A stretch of 64,000 nt of DNA. Origin: a virus. This document shows, piece by piece, positions 49,431 through 58,852 of this stretch. The notes under the pieces are model-generated. The model was not told where the DNA came from. It did not search any database and saw nothing but the letters and a program-made list of their open reading frames with translations. Both the position numbers and the translations under genes were made by a program. Location: positions 32,001-96,000 of IMG/VR virus record IMGVR_UViG_3300030098_005028; one strand, 5' to 3'. Within the stretch, counting starts at the first letter, position 1. The number at the start of each line of letters is the position of its first letter.

Positions 49431-49782
49431 ATGGAAGTTCCACAATTCTAATATTGTTAATTTCACACCACTCAACCTTCTTGCGGTCATTGTGTGTGTA
49501 TTCAAAAAATCCTAATTTGCTACCATGAAAATGTGCAACAAATTCATAATGTTGTCTTCCGTGACATTCTATGATTAATTTTCTATCTGGAAGATAAAAA
49601 TCTGCTCTGAGATTTCCTGTTCCCGGAAGAACCACTTCTTCTAGAAGAATGTCTAGTGGATATATTTTTTTAAGAAGTGATCTAGTTCTTTTATGTAATT
49701 TTGAAGCATTCTTCTGTTCTTTCTTCAGCTTATGTTTTTTGGGGAATTTGTATTCCCTTCCATCAAAACCTGTAACTTTCAA
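49384..49782 (-). CDS. DUF559/Vsr-like endonuclease
   Basis: 'RADFYLP...IE.HG.QH', 'D..K..WC..N.I....L'. Confidence 0.75.
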   Translation of the reverse strand: MKVTGFDGREYKFPKKHKLKKEQKNASKLHKRTRSLLKKIYPLDILLEEVVLPGTGNLRADFYLPDRKLIIECHGRQHYEFVAHFHGSKLGFFEYTHNDRKKVEWCEINNIRIVELPYDESDDEWKQRVKGR

Positions 49783-50273
49783 AGTAATACATCCTCAAGT
49801 TGATCTATTCTCAAGTTGTAGCAATCAGCCTTTACAACGAACTTATTAGACCCATCGAGTTGTCCTTTAAGAAGCTTTCTTCCTTTTCTAAAGTATTCAT
49901 TTCTATCAATTCTTCCACAGATCCAAGCTCTCTTCCAATCATTTGGTTTAGACTTATTCCATTCTATCCTAACAAATATGTACTCAGTACATTTTTGATG
50001 TGTGCTAGTGCTTGCGATTGAACAATCATAGAACCCTTTAGGTCTTGAAGTGCATCGTTTTGTCTTTACGTCTATCAATCTGTGACCAACTATGATGTCA
50101 TAATCGTAATGATCTACAATTTTTCCACCAATATATTCATTGACTACTTCTTCTCCTATAAATCCAGCTATGTTACCCTGACCAGAAGTGATTGAGTTTC
50201 TGATGCTACCCATCTTTCTTGATCGCAGTATTGCACGATTGATCATGTCTTGTTTTATTTTGACTTCTATCAT
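49779..50273 (-). CDS. PD-(D/E)XK nuclease-like protein
   Basis: 'G..GE', 'YD...IDVKT'; start at the ATGA overlap with recA. Confidence 0.55.
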   Translation of the reverse strand: MIEVKIKQDMINRAILRSRKMGSIRNSITSGQGNIAGFIGEEVVNEYIGGKIVDHYDYDIIVGHRLIDVKTKRCTSRPKGFYDCSIASTSTHQKCTEYIFVRIEWNKSKPNDWKRAWICGRIDRNEYFRKGRKLLKGQLDGSNKFVVKADCYNLRIDQLEDVLL

Positions 50274-51343
50274 GTCAACATGCTCTTTATTTCTTTCTCT
50301 AGTATCGAAAGCCATTCAGGATTTTCTCTCAGAAGATTAGACAACTTTTCTTGACCTTGAGCTTTGCATCTTTTTTGAGTTTCTTCATCCCATTCCTTAG
50401 CATCTAACACATCTAAATGTTCTTGCATGAAGTTACATGTGTACCAGCCTTTTCCTGTTATGAAACCCAACTTTTGCCCAAGTGTTACCAGTTCCGTAAT
50501 TTCATCAATACCTTTACCATATCTTAAATATGAAGTGATTTTTCTTCCCGGAGGTACTATGGCTGTTGATTCTGTAATCCAAGTGATTATTTGTCCTACA
50601 GGTGCCTCTTTTAAATCGTCTATTTTTTTTGACGAAGAAGCAAACCATTTTTCTACCTTTGACGCATGCATTTTTATGTCTACTGCATATGCAATTTTTC
50701 TTCCACCACTTTCAACCTTTGTCTTTCCATAACCGCTGATATTTGCTATGAGGTGAGTAATGGCAATGACTATGTTTCCATTTACCGGAAGCAGATTGGC
50801 AACCCTCCTGCAAAATTGTGATACTACTTTCGCACCCGGCGCTCTGTGTGCTTCTCCCATTTCTCCTTCAAGTTCTTTTTGAGTTATTAGTTGAGAAACA
50901 GAATCAATAATAACTAAACATCCCGGATCATCTTTTAGAATTTTTTCTGCATAACTCAAATATTCTTCTGCTGTTAGTATTCTCCCTTCTCCGGTTTTCT
51001 TGTCGTAGTAAGATTGGACAGAGAAAAACTTGTCCATCTTCAAGTTTGGTATGCCTTCTAGGTCTCTCTGTTTTAGTCTGCCCTCAATATTTAAGTAGTA
51101 TACATTTCGTTCTCCGTGTTCCTTACTTTGACATTTAGCAGCGAAGTGCAATGCGCTAGTTGTCTTTCCACACTTAGGCTCTCCTGTAAGAGTGACCCAG
51201 CTACCTTCAGGGACTCCTCCTCCGAGTATAATGTCAACACATGGACTCCAAGGAATGATTTGCTTTTCTTCTTCAAGAATAGCGTCACCAGATATCAAAA
51301 CGTCTTTGCCAATGATATCTGCTATTTCTTTTGTTTTACTCAT
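50270..51343 (-). CDS. recA: RecA/UvsX recombinase
   Basis: 'GGGVP.G', 'GEPKCGKTT', 'IIDSV', 'SGG', 'YG.GID'. Confidence 0.92.
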   Translation of the reverse strand: MSKTKEIADIIGKDVLISGDAILEEEKQIIPWSPCVDIILGGGVPEGSWVTLTGEPKCGKTTSALHFAAKCQSKEHGERNVYYLNIEGRLKQRDLEGIPNLKMDKFFSVQSYYDKKTGEGRILTAEEYLSYAEKILKDDPGCLVIIDSVSQLITQKELEGEMGEAHRAPGAKVVSQFCRRVANLLPVNGNIVIAITHLIANISGYGKTKVESGGRKIAYAVDIKMHASKVEKWFASSSKKIDDLKEAPVGQIITWITESTAIVPPGRKITSYLRYGKGIDEITELVTLGQKLGFITGKGWYTCNFMQEHLDVLDAKEWDEETQKRCKAQGQEKLSNLLRENPEWLSILEKEIKSMLT

Positions 51344-51785
51344 TTTCTGTTTCTTCCAATAGAGCTAATATGTTTTTACTGCCCGTTGGTTTTCTTGGTT
51401 TATCTGTTACTGACTTTCTAGGGCTTATTTGAACTTCTTTTGACTCTTGATACTGAATATGTTTCTGATTAGTATCTAATATTTTTTTCAAATTACCAGA
51501 CTTTTTAAAAATACCAAAAGAGTAAACGCTCCGACATCTTTTGTCTCGGAGCGTCTTTAATATAGCGTGTGGGCTATATTCTTTAAGTAATCGGTTTACA
51601 AGAACAACCTGATACTGAAAGTCTTTCTTCCAGTCTTCGTGATTCCAAAAGTTCTCTGGTAAATCTATATTCTTAGATTTTGCTATAAGATAGAACAACG
51701 CTTCAGTAATATATTGTGCGGCAGTTACATAACTATTACTATATATTGACCGAAACTTACTCTTATCTGACTTTTGCCTTGCCAT
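51336..51785 (-). CDS. Hypothetical protein
   Basis: 149 aa, basic, in operon. Confidence 0.6.
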   Translation of the reverse strand: MARQKSDKSKFRSIYSNSYVTAAQYITEALFYLIAKSKNIDLPENFWNHEDWKKDFQYQVVLVNRLLKEYSPHAILKTLRDKRCRSVYSFGIFKKSGNLKKILDTNQKHIQYQESKEVQISPRKSVTDKPRKPTGSKNILALLEETENE

Positions 51786-52224
51786 GAATTAACTTATCCA
51801 AATTATCCAAATCATCAATAGTCAAGCGGTCATTTCGGAATCTAGTTACCTCTGGCACTCTCCACCAAGATTTCATAACCGTTCCACCGTAGACTTTTCC
51901 AATAATAATATAGTTGTCTTGGCTCTGATCTTCTCCAAACATTAAGCCAACGCCACGAGTGAACACATACTGATCTGCATCGTGGCCTACAACTTCCGTG
52001 TGATCTCTAAACCTAATTCTTAATTCTTCTATACAAGCTTCATTTTCACAGCAATACTTTTGAAGACTTAGCCATCCCTCAGTATCATTCAGGTAAGCTG
52101 TCTCATCATTATCTAAAGCGATCTCAGCCCATGTATCATTTTCCATCTTTTCTGGACTGTAAAAGTTCTTCAAACCATATTCTGTTAAGCAAGACTTGCT
52201 CTCTTTATTTGCATCCTCAGTCAT
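51763..52224 (-). CDS. Hypothetical protein
   Basis: 153 aa, in operon. Confidence 0.6.
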   Translation of the reverse strand: MTEDANKESKSCLTEYGLKNFYSPEKMENDTWAEIALDNDETAYLNDTEGWLSLQKYCCENEACIEELRIRFRDHTEVVGHDADQYVFTRGVGLMFGEDQSQDNYIIIGKVYGGTVMKSWWRVPEVTRFRNDRLTIDDLDNLDKLIHGKAKVR

Positions 52225-52567
52225 TTCTTATCCTATGAATTCTGTCGCTTGTATTAGATCGTGCCTCTTCTGTATTAACTGCACTTCTGTGTTCGTCTGC
52301 TAATTCGCTTGCTTCTTGTGTCATTACCACAACGCCATACTCTTCATTGCGAGATAACAGATTACCAGCCTTATGCCCACCAGAGTCCTCTGATTTTGCC
52401 GTGGCAATATTCTCTTGACCCTGTTCCCCCTCGTCAAGTGTATCTAGATAAGATTCGACAGTCTTAGGGCCAATGCCATCAAGTTTACTAGCGATTTCTT
52501 GACTTGTCAAGTGTTTGTGTTCACGAATGTAAAATTTTTCTATGTCACCTAGTGTTTTTTTAGGCAT
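52217..52567 (-). CDS. Hypothetical protein with possible N-terminal HTH
   Basis: 'LTSQEIASKL.GIG.KTV..Y'; probable start 52567. Confidence 0.5.
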   Translation of the reverse strand: MPKKTLGDIEKFYIREHKHLTSQEIASKLDGIGPKTVESYLDTLDEGEQGQENIATAKSEDSGGHKAGNLLSRNEEYGVVVMTQEASELADEHRSAVNTEEARSNTSDRIHRIRND

Positions 52568-52952
52568 TTCTGGACTCCCGTTGAGCATTGTGTAGCCAAG
52601 CAGGATTCCTGCTAGACAAAAACTGTTTATAAAAATTGAACGACTTAAAAGAAACTTCAACTAAATTCCAAACATATTTACCCCTATGTTTTGCAAACTT
52701 GTTTGAGCTTCCTTCTGAATACATTCCCCAAGGATTGAAAAGCTCGCCGGTACTGCCAACCTTTACATAATACTTGTGTCTTTCACCCGCCTCACTAACT
52801 ATCACTACTGATTTAGCAAGACATTCTTGGCTATCAGCGTCTACTTCAGTAAGACCTTCTGCATATCCTATTACGGAAGAGGTAGTTCCAGCAGAATCTA
52901 GAACCTCTCCTTTTTGTTCTTTTGAAGAATTGATTTTATGTATATGTTCCAT
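52560..52952 (-). CDS. Hypothetical protein
   Basis: 130 aa, in operon. Confidence 0.6.
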   Translation of the reverse strand: MEHIHKINSSKEQKGEVLDSAGTTSSVIGYAEGLTEVDADSQECLAKSVVIVSEAGERHKYYVKVGSTGELFNPWGMYSEGSSNKFAKHRGKYVWNLVEVSFKSFNFYKQFLSSRNPAWLHNAQRESRNA

Positions 52953-52958
52953 GTTATT

Positions 52959-53198
52959 CTATTCCGTTCTTTTGGCTATTACATTGACAGCGCCTTCTTC
53001 ATACTCAATGTCTTGCACTTCTACCATGCCCTCTAGTTGACCAACTGCAAAGTCACCAACTACACCAACAGAATGTGTTTCATTACAGCAAGATAAAGAT
53101 ATATCAGTTTTTTTGAAAGTGCTTGGGTCATGAACCCAAATGTCAACTACTGGAGATTTACACTTTTTGCAGGACAATACTATGTGGTGGTCTTCCAT
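52959..53198 (-). CDS. Small zinc-ribbon-like protein
   Basis: 'CKKC...CC'. Confidence 0.5.
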   Translation of the reverse strand: MEDHHIVLSCKKCKSPVVDIWVHDPSTFKKTDISLSCCNETHSVGVVGDFAVGQLEGMVEVQDIEYEEGAVNVIAKRTE

Positions 53199-53380
53199 AA
53201 TGCTTTACATTCCTTTAAAAATTTATCCATCTTTTTTTCCGATTCTTCTTCAGTCATTCCATCAAAGTACAAAACTAGATGTCTGACATTAGACTCTGTT
53301 TGTTTTTGAGTTCCGTCTGGATTGATCTTATACACAAATCCGTTTATTGAAAGCCGGGCTTGATGCGGTATTCTATCCAT
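53180..53380 (-). CDS. Hypothetical protein
   Basis: 66 aa, overlapping neighbours. Confidence 0.5.
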   Translation of the reverse strand: MDRIPHQARLSINGFVYKINPDGTQKQTESNVRHLVLYFDGMTEEESEKKMDKFLKECKALWKTTT

Positions 53381-53834
53381 CTTTAATCCATTTTGCCTTT
53401 TCTTTATCTGTCATCTTGTGTATTTTCTTCATAGACAATTCTTTTTCTCTTTGTTCATTTGCCTTGTCTACGATGTCGTCATAACTCATTGGCTTGTCTG
53501 TCTTCACTCTTACCATACCATCTGGAAGATCCTTAGAGCTTGGAATTCTTTTCGTTTTATTCTTTGCATGAATAGCCATCTTGTGGTCATTAGAAAGCGT
53601 TTCAGAGTTACGTTCTGCAAGATGACCTAGATTTTTTATTTCTGAAGAGGCTGCTCTGACAGAAAAATGAGGAGCCTGCAAAATTACCTGTTTGACTTCA
53701 GGGTTTCCTTCACAACACGGTTCGTCAAGTTCAAGATCAGAAACAGTGTCTGGTTTTGCCTCATTGAATCGTTTGTAGACTTCGTGAACCTCTCCACATT
53801 TTTGGCACTCAAAATCGTATGTAGGCATCTTCAT
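53373..53834 (-). CDS. FmdB-family zinc-ribbon protein
   Basis: 'MPTYDFECQKCG...E'. Confidence 0.75.
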   Translation of the reverse strand: MKMPTYDFECQKCGEVHEVYKRFNEAKPDTVSDLELDEPCCEGNPEVKQVILQAPHFSVRAASSEIKNLGHLAERNSETLSNDHKMAIHAKNKTKRIPSSKDLPDGMVRVKTDKPMSYDDIVDKANEQREKELSMKKIHKMTDKEKAKWIKDG

Positions 53835-54232
53835 TCCTTTATGTAGACTGGAGAAACATAAATTGTTCCGTCCTCTAGCTTCTGTAAGTTGTACAGATTC
53901 TTGGAGCCAGTATATTCTTCTTTGGGCTTGCTATAGACATAGTATATTAAGAAAGTTTGAAAAATTACTATGCCAGTTATGACTGACCAAGCCAACTTCT
54001 TATTTTTATTATAAAGAGCAGAAAGTATCATGACCACAAATATTGTGCCTAAAAACTTAAAAGACATAAACAAGGCAACGCTATCGTCATTTTTTTCTAT
54101 CAAGAACACACCAATAGGATTCTGTTCTATATCTAATAAAACTTCATGTATTTTTATAGACCAGTACATATCAATAGAAGATACTACTGCTATATAAATA
54201 ATCATAATGTAATAAAAGATCTTAGAAATCAT
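53831..54232 (-). CDS. Membrane protein (DUF5658-like)
   Basis: Three hydrophobic segments, 'D...S...E.NP...K'. Confidence 0.65.
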   Translation of the reverse strand: MISKIFYYIMIIYIAVVSSIDMYWSIKIHEVLLDIEQNPIGVFLIEKNDDSVALFMSFKFLGTIFVVMILSALYNKNKKLAWSVITGIVIFQTFLIYYVYSKPKEEYTGSKNLYNLQKLEDGTIYVSPVYIKE

Positions 54233-55229
54233 CTTCTATGTTTCCACTAGAGTACTCAGTCACCCTTGTCTCAAAAAAGTTTTTGCATTTTTCTAGATCA
54301 ATTATTTCGCTCATCCAAGGAAAAGGATTCTTTGCATCTTTGTATGGAGAATCCATATTGAGATTGACTAGCCTTCTATTCGCTATGTATTTTACATAGT
54401 CTATAAACATATCAGAGTTTAGTCCGAGTATTCCGTTTGGCAAAACATCTTTTGCGTATTGAACTTCAAGCTCGATTGCTTTTTCAATGTGAGACATAGT
54501 CTCTTGCTCAAAAGACTTGCTCCACACTTTTGGGTTGTCCTCTCTAATTCTGTTGATTAGGTTGGTTCCGAATTTGATGTGTAAACTTTCATCTCGTAAT
54601 GTGTATTGAATTTGCTCTCCAATTCCCGGCATCTTGTTTTGTCTATTAAGAGAAAGAAGCATAGCAAAACCTGAAAAGAAGAATATTCCTTCACAAATTA
54701 CATAGTAAGTAATTATGTTTCTTAGGAACTCTTTCTTTCCTTCAATAGTATTTATGTTGAAGTTAGGCCTATTTATGTCTGTACTAATTTCCATAAGAAA
54801 GTCATCTTTGACTTTGATGCTAGGTATAGATAGATAAGCCTGATAGACTTCATCAATATCTAAACCCAAAGAATCGCACACATAAACAACGGTAAGGTTA
54901 TGCAGGCTTTCTTCATAAGCCTGTCGCAATATATATTGTCTACACTCAGCATCAGTAACAAACTTAAATATGCTTAGTAGTAAGTTATTAGCCACTAAAG
55001 ACTCTGATCCAGCAAAAAACCCAAGACACCTTTTGACCATCAGTCTCTCATCATCAGACAGTTGGGAAGATCTCCACTGTTCAATATCCTTTGACATTGG
55101 TACTTCTGTTGGCATCCAGTTATTTGCTGCTCCATCTAAGAACAGTTGCCAAGCCCACTTGTTTGTGTGCGGAAGAATCTGATTTACAACTGAAACCTTG
55201 TCTGAAATTATTTCTTTACTTTTTTTCAT
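54222..55229 (-). CDS. nrdB: Ribonucleotide reductase beta subunit, class Ic (R2c, Mn/Fe)-type signature
   Basis: 'NNWMPTE', 'FFAGSESLV', 'EESLH', 'EGIFF', 'RDESLH', 'NFFETRV.EY'. The first ligand is Glu and the radical-Tyr position is Val. Confidence 0.93.
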   Translation of the reverse strand: MKKSKEIISDKVSVVNQILPHTNKWAWQLFLDGAANNWMPTEVPMSKDIEQWRSSQLSDDERLMVKRCLGFFAGSESLVANNLLLSIFKFVTDAECRQYILRQAYEESLHNLTVVYVCDSLGLDIDEVYQAYLSIPSIKVKDDFLMEISTDINRPNFNINTIEGKKEFLRNIITYYVICEGIFFFSGFAMLLSLNRQNKMPGIGEQIQYTLRDESLHIKFGTNLINRIREDNPKVWSKSFEQETMSHIEKAIELEVQYAKDVLPNGILGLNSDMFIDYVKYIANRRLVNLNMDSPYKDAKNPFPWMSEIIDLEKCKNFFETRVTEYSSGNIEDDF

Positions 55230-55350
55230 CCTGCAATCTCTCAATAATTTTTTGTAGAAGGTCTTTTACTTTTTCTGCTTCTTCTGGTTTAAGTTCTAAT
55301 ATGTATCTCAATGGAGAAGTTCTAGATTGTCTATGCTCACTGAACTTCAT
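55216..55350 (-). CDS. 44-aa hypothetical protein between nrdA and nrdB (not in ORF track)
   Basis: MKFSEHRQSRTSPLRYILELKPEEAEKVKDLLQKIIERLQDEKK*; ATGA overlap with the nrdA stop, and overlaps the nrdB start. Confidence 0.55.
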   Translation of the reverse strand: MKFSEHRQSRTSPLRYILELKPEEAEKVKDLLQKIIERLQDEKK

Positions 55351-57797
55351 TGGCAACTCTCACAGTCTGGATCAAGTATTGAACATGCTTTGACGTTTCT
55401 TAGATCCTCTTCAGGCACTTCTTCTTCTACAATGTTTTGCACGGTTGACTTTTCTACTCTGGTCGCCGCTTTGCTTCTCAAATAATACGTTGTCTTTAAT
55501 CCTTTTTCCCAACAATACATATACATATCATTAAGAAATTTAAGACTACTGGCCTTGTTGTATAAATTCAATGATTGACCCATATCAATCCATTTTTGTC
55601 TTGCTGAAGCAGCATCTATTAATACATTATAATCAATATCAAACGCAGTCAAGAATTCTTCTTTAATATTTTTTTCAATAGATAGTAAAGAAATATCTCC
55701 ATCTACTTCTTTAAGTGCATCAACAAGTTGATTGCACCATATTCCTTTCTTTTTGGCTATTTCAACAAAGTGTTCATTCACCATAGTAAACTCCCCACTT
55801 AATGTTGAATAAACATAAAGCACAGAGTAGTCAGGTTCAATAGACTGAGAGCATCCTTGTATGTAAGATATAGTCGCTGTAGGAGCGATTGCCATGACAT
55901 TAGAGTTTCTGACACCATGATCTTCGACATGGCTTCTCACTTTATCCCATTCGAGATTCTCAAGCGTAGATGCTTGATAAGTATCGGTAGATTCTCTTTC
56001 GTTCATCATTGAACAGTAGGTATCAATCGGAAGGTTTCCTTTGTACCATTCTGATCCTACATAAGAAGGGTACTGGCCTCTTTCTTTTGCCAGCTTCGAT
56101 GAGGTAAGGATTGCGTGAAAAGATATAAACTCTTGTATAGAATCGCAAAGAGATACGGCCTCCTGAGAGTTGTATGGGATTCCTAATTTATGAAGGACAT
56201 CGTGTGTACCCATCACCCCTAAACCAACAGGCCTGTTTCTTAGATTAGAATTTTTAGCCTCTTCTGTAGGGTAAAAGTTCAAGTCAATAACATTGTCGAG
56301 TCCTCTAATCGCAACATTAACTGTTTCCTCAAGCTTTTTCCAATCAACAGTCCTTACCTTCAAATGATTTGAAAGATTGATACTGGCTAAGTTGCAGACT
56401 GCTGTTTCTCCTCTTTGCTTGACGTTACCGTTTTCATATGTTGTAGGCTTGGTATGTAACAAAATTTCTGTGCAAAGATTTGAAGAATGAACAACACCTT
56501 CATGCTTGTTGCTATACCTAATATTAGAAGCATCTTTGAAGGTAATCCAAGGATGGCCAGTTTCATATAAAGACGTGAGTATCTTTTTCCACAGGTCTTT
56601 GGCATTGATGATCCTGAAGTTGTGAACTTCCCCATCGTCTGCCATCTTTTTGTACTTCTCGTAGTATTTTGTGAATTCTTTTCCATATGTTTCATGCAAC
56701 TCTGGACATTCTTTAGGATCAAACAAATACCAATCTGACTCTTTTTTGGCGGCGATAATAAAATCATCACATACCCAAAGAGCAGTATTCATGTCATGAC
56801 ATCTTCTTCTGTCATCTCCAGTATTTTTTCTGAGATCGAGAAACTCTTCAACATCCATATGCCAGACTTCTAAGTAAGCACAGCCAGCACCTTTCCTCTT
56901 TCCTCCTTGATTAACACCAACAAGAGTATCGTTGAATATTTTTAACCAAGGAATAAGTCCAGAAGATATTCCATTTGTTCCTTGAATATGAGAACCAGTA
57001 GATCTTACAGGAGTCCAATCAACTCCTAAGCCGCCAGCGTATTTAGACAATCTCGCTTGACCATGAATAGTACCAAATATTCCGTCGATAGAATCATCGA
57101 CTGTACTTAGATAACAAGAAGAAAGCTGAGACCTAGCAGTGCCACTGTTAAACAATGTTGGTGTAGAAGGGCAGTATCTGAAAGAAGATATCATTTCATA
57201 TATCTCTATCGCTCTTTCTTCCTTGTTTTCCTCATTAATGCACAGCCCCATAGCCACTCTCATCCAAAATGACTGAGGTGCCTCCATCCTTCTACCTTCA
57301 ATATGAATGAAGTATCGGTCATATAGAGTCTGTATTCCTAAATACTTGAATTGAGAGTCTCTTTTTGTATCAAGTTTTTCAGCCAGAAGTTTCAAATTAA
57401 AGCTTAGAAGTTTCTCACTAAGCCTTTTTTCTCTGACTAATTTTTTTATGTTTTGTATAAAAGACTTCTTATGTTGAAGATCGAATGTGTCTGAGTCAAC
57501 AGTTTCGCCAAATACCTCTTTGTATATATTATTCAGAAGCATCCTAGCTGCGATTTTTGAGTAGTTAGGCTCTTTTTCTATCTTAGACCTTGCAGACATA
57601 ATAAGAGCTTTGTCAATTTCAGCCGTGGTAATTTTGTCATATAATTGAAGGCTTGCATCTAGTACAACTTCACTTACAGACACATTCTCAAGATTAGATG
57701 ATGCTCTCTCAACGCATTCGTTAATTTTGTCTAAGTTTACTTCTTGTAGTCTTCCGTTTCTTTTCTTTACTCTAATCTCTCTCTGAGTCACAGCCAT
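55347..57797 (-). CDS. nrdA: Ribonucleotide reductase alpha subunit with N-terminal ATP cone
   Basis: 'VKKRNG', 'PSTPTLFN', 'SSCY', 'QGGKRKGA', 'SNLCTEI', 'CNL.S', 'APTAT', 'KTTYY', C-terminal 'CESCQ'. Confidence 0.97.
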   Translation of the reverse strand: MAVTQREIRVKKRNGRLQEVNLDKINECVERASSNLENVSVSEVVLDASLQLYDKITTAEIDKALIMSARSKIEKEPNYSKIAARMLLNNIYKEVFGETVDSDTFDLQHKKSFIQNIKKLVREKRLSEKLLSFNLKLLAEKLDTKRDSQFKYLGIQTLYDRYFIHIEGRRMEAPQSFWMRVAMGLCINEENKEERAIEIYEMISSFRYCPSTPTLFNSGTARSQLSSCYLSTVDDSIDGIFGTIHGQARLSKYAGGLGVDWTPVRSTGSHIQGTNGISSGLIPWLKIFNDTLVGVNQGGKRKGAGCAYLEVWHMDVEEFLDLRKNTGDDRRRCHDMNTALWVCDDFIIAAKKESDWYLFDPKECPELHETYGKEFTKYYEKYKKMADDGEVHNFRIINAKDLWKKILTSLYETGHPWITFKDASNIRYSNKHEGVVHSSNLCTEILLHTKPTTYENGNVKQRGETAVCNLASINLSNHLKVRTVDWKKLEETVNVAIRGLDNVIDLNFYPTEEAKNSNLRNRPVGLGVMGTHDVLHKLGIPYNSQEAVSLCDSIQEFISFHAILTSSKLAKERGQYPSYVGSEWYKGNLPIDTYCSMMNERESTDTYQASTLENLEWDKVRSHVEDHGVRNSNVMAIAPTATISYIQGCSQSIEPDYSVLYVYSTLSGEFTMVNEHFVEIAKKKGIWCNQLVDALKEVDGDISLLSIEKNIKEEFLTAFDIDYNVLIDAASARQKWIDMGQSLNLYNKASSLKFLNDMYMYCWEKGLKTTYYLRSKAATRVEKSTVQNIVEEEVPEEDLRNVKACSILDPDCESCQ

Positions 57798-57837
57798 TTC
57801 CTCATAGTGCAATTTTTATGTAAATAATTTTTAATTT

Positions 57838-58509
57838 TTATAAATCATTGGGATCAACTGAAACCGAATTAATATCAACAGATGATAGTTTATGAATGTA
57901 ATTCAGGTATTCGGGATTGATTATACTATCATATGTCTTTCGGTCTATATTTGGTGCTTTCCGATCTATGTTTACAGTTTGCCCATTACATTGTATTACA
58001 AGTACCGAAAACCCATAAAATTTTTTATCTGGCTCCCAACCCGGTGGATTGTAAGGCATGGATACAATATCACCGCCGTAAATGCTCTGTATCTCTCTTG
58101 CCGTACCAAGTTGCATTCCATATTCATAATCAGTATTTATACCACACATGATTACTGGATTGGTTGTTCCACGCAATTCTAGAATTTTCTCCACCCACCA
58201 TTGCATCCCACTCGTTTTTTTTCTATAGTTTGTCCAAAAGTAAAACACGTCTGGATTTATGTGCGTGTTTTCTTTTAAAAAATTATAAGCGTCAGCATGT
58301 ACTATGCTTGTTTCACACTTATAATCCCTTGCGTTCGCTGAATCTATAAACGGTAAATCTACTTCTATGCCGATTGCTTTCTTAGCATATTTTGACATCT
58401 CGTATAATACCGCTCCATCTGCACAACCAATTTCACAGACAAATTTATTAGAGATGAATTTATTTAGCCGATCTGATATAGCCAATCCTCTTTCCGTCCC
58501 ATCTTCCAT
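57838..58509 (-). CDS. Class I SAM-dependent methyltransferase
   Basis: 'VCEIGCADG', 'GIEVD', 'AD'. Confidence 0.75.
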   Translation of the reverse strand: MEDGTERGLAISDRLNKFISNKFVCEIGCADGAVLYEMSKYAKKAIGIEVDLPFIDSANARDYKCETSIVHADAYNFLKENTHINPDVFYFWTNYRKKTSGMQWWVEKILELRGTTNPVIMCGINTDYEYGMQLGTAREIQSIYGGDIVSMPYNPPGWEPDKKFYGFSVLVIQCNGQTVNIDRKAPNIDRKTYDSIINPEYLNYIHKLSSVDINSVSVDPNDL

Positions 58510-58533
58510 TTTTGATCTTCCTTAACAATTTTG

Positions 58534-58568
58534 AAAAAAAAAGCCCGTAGCCAAAGCTACGGACTTTT
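58534..58568 (-). terminator. Rho-independent terminator
   Basis: Minus strand GTCCGTAGC-TTTG-GCTACGGGC followed by a T-tract, just downstream of the 57-aa membrane gene. Confidence 0.8.
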
Positions 58569-58591
58569 ATGAATCCTAAGCATTTGTTTTG

Positions 58592-58765
58592 CTATTCAGT
58601 GATTCTCAAACTGTCACCTACGATCCAAGCTACACCTAATGCAACAATGCTGTTGGCTGTATTTTCTGGAAGCCCAATAAGATCTTGCAAACAAACTACA
58701 GCGACACCGCCTACGGCAGTCCAAAATCGTCTAGAATTGATAAGTGATTTGAATTTTTCTTTCAT
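58592..58765 (-). CDS. 57-aa two-TM membrane protein, holin-like (not in ORF track)
   Basis: MKEKFKSLINSRRFWTAVGGVAVVCLQDLIGLPENTANSIVALGVAWIVGDSLRITE*; 'SR(K/R)FW' motif; GGAG SD. Confidence 0.65.
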   Translation of the reverse strand: MKEKFKSLINSRRFWTAVGGVAVVCLQDLIGLPENTANSIVALGVAWIVGDSLRITE

Positions 58766-58798
58766 CAGAATTACTCCAAAGATAAATAGTTTGTGATT

Positions 58799-58827
58799 AA
58801 TTTAACACCGAAATCCGTGTCAGTCAA
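58799..58827 (-). promoter_or_regulatory. Sigma70-type promoter TTGACT-N17-TAAATT
   Basis: Near-consensus hexamers with exact 17 bp spacer upstream of 58765. Confidence 0.55.
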
Positions 58828-58852
58828 GCTTCTTTTTATAAATTCTGATACG

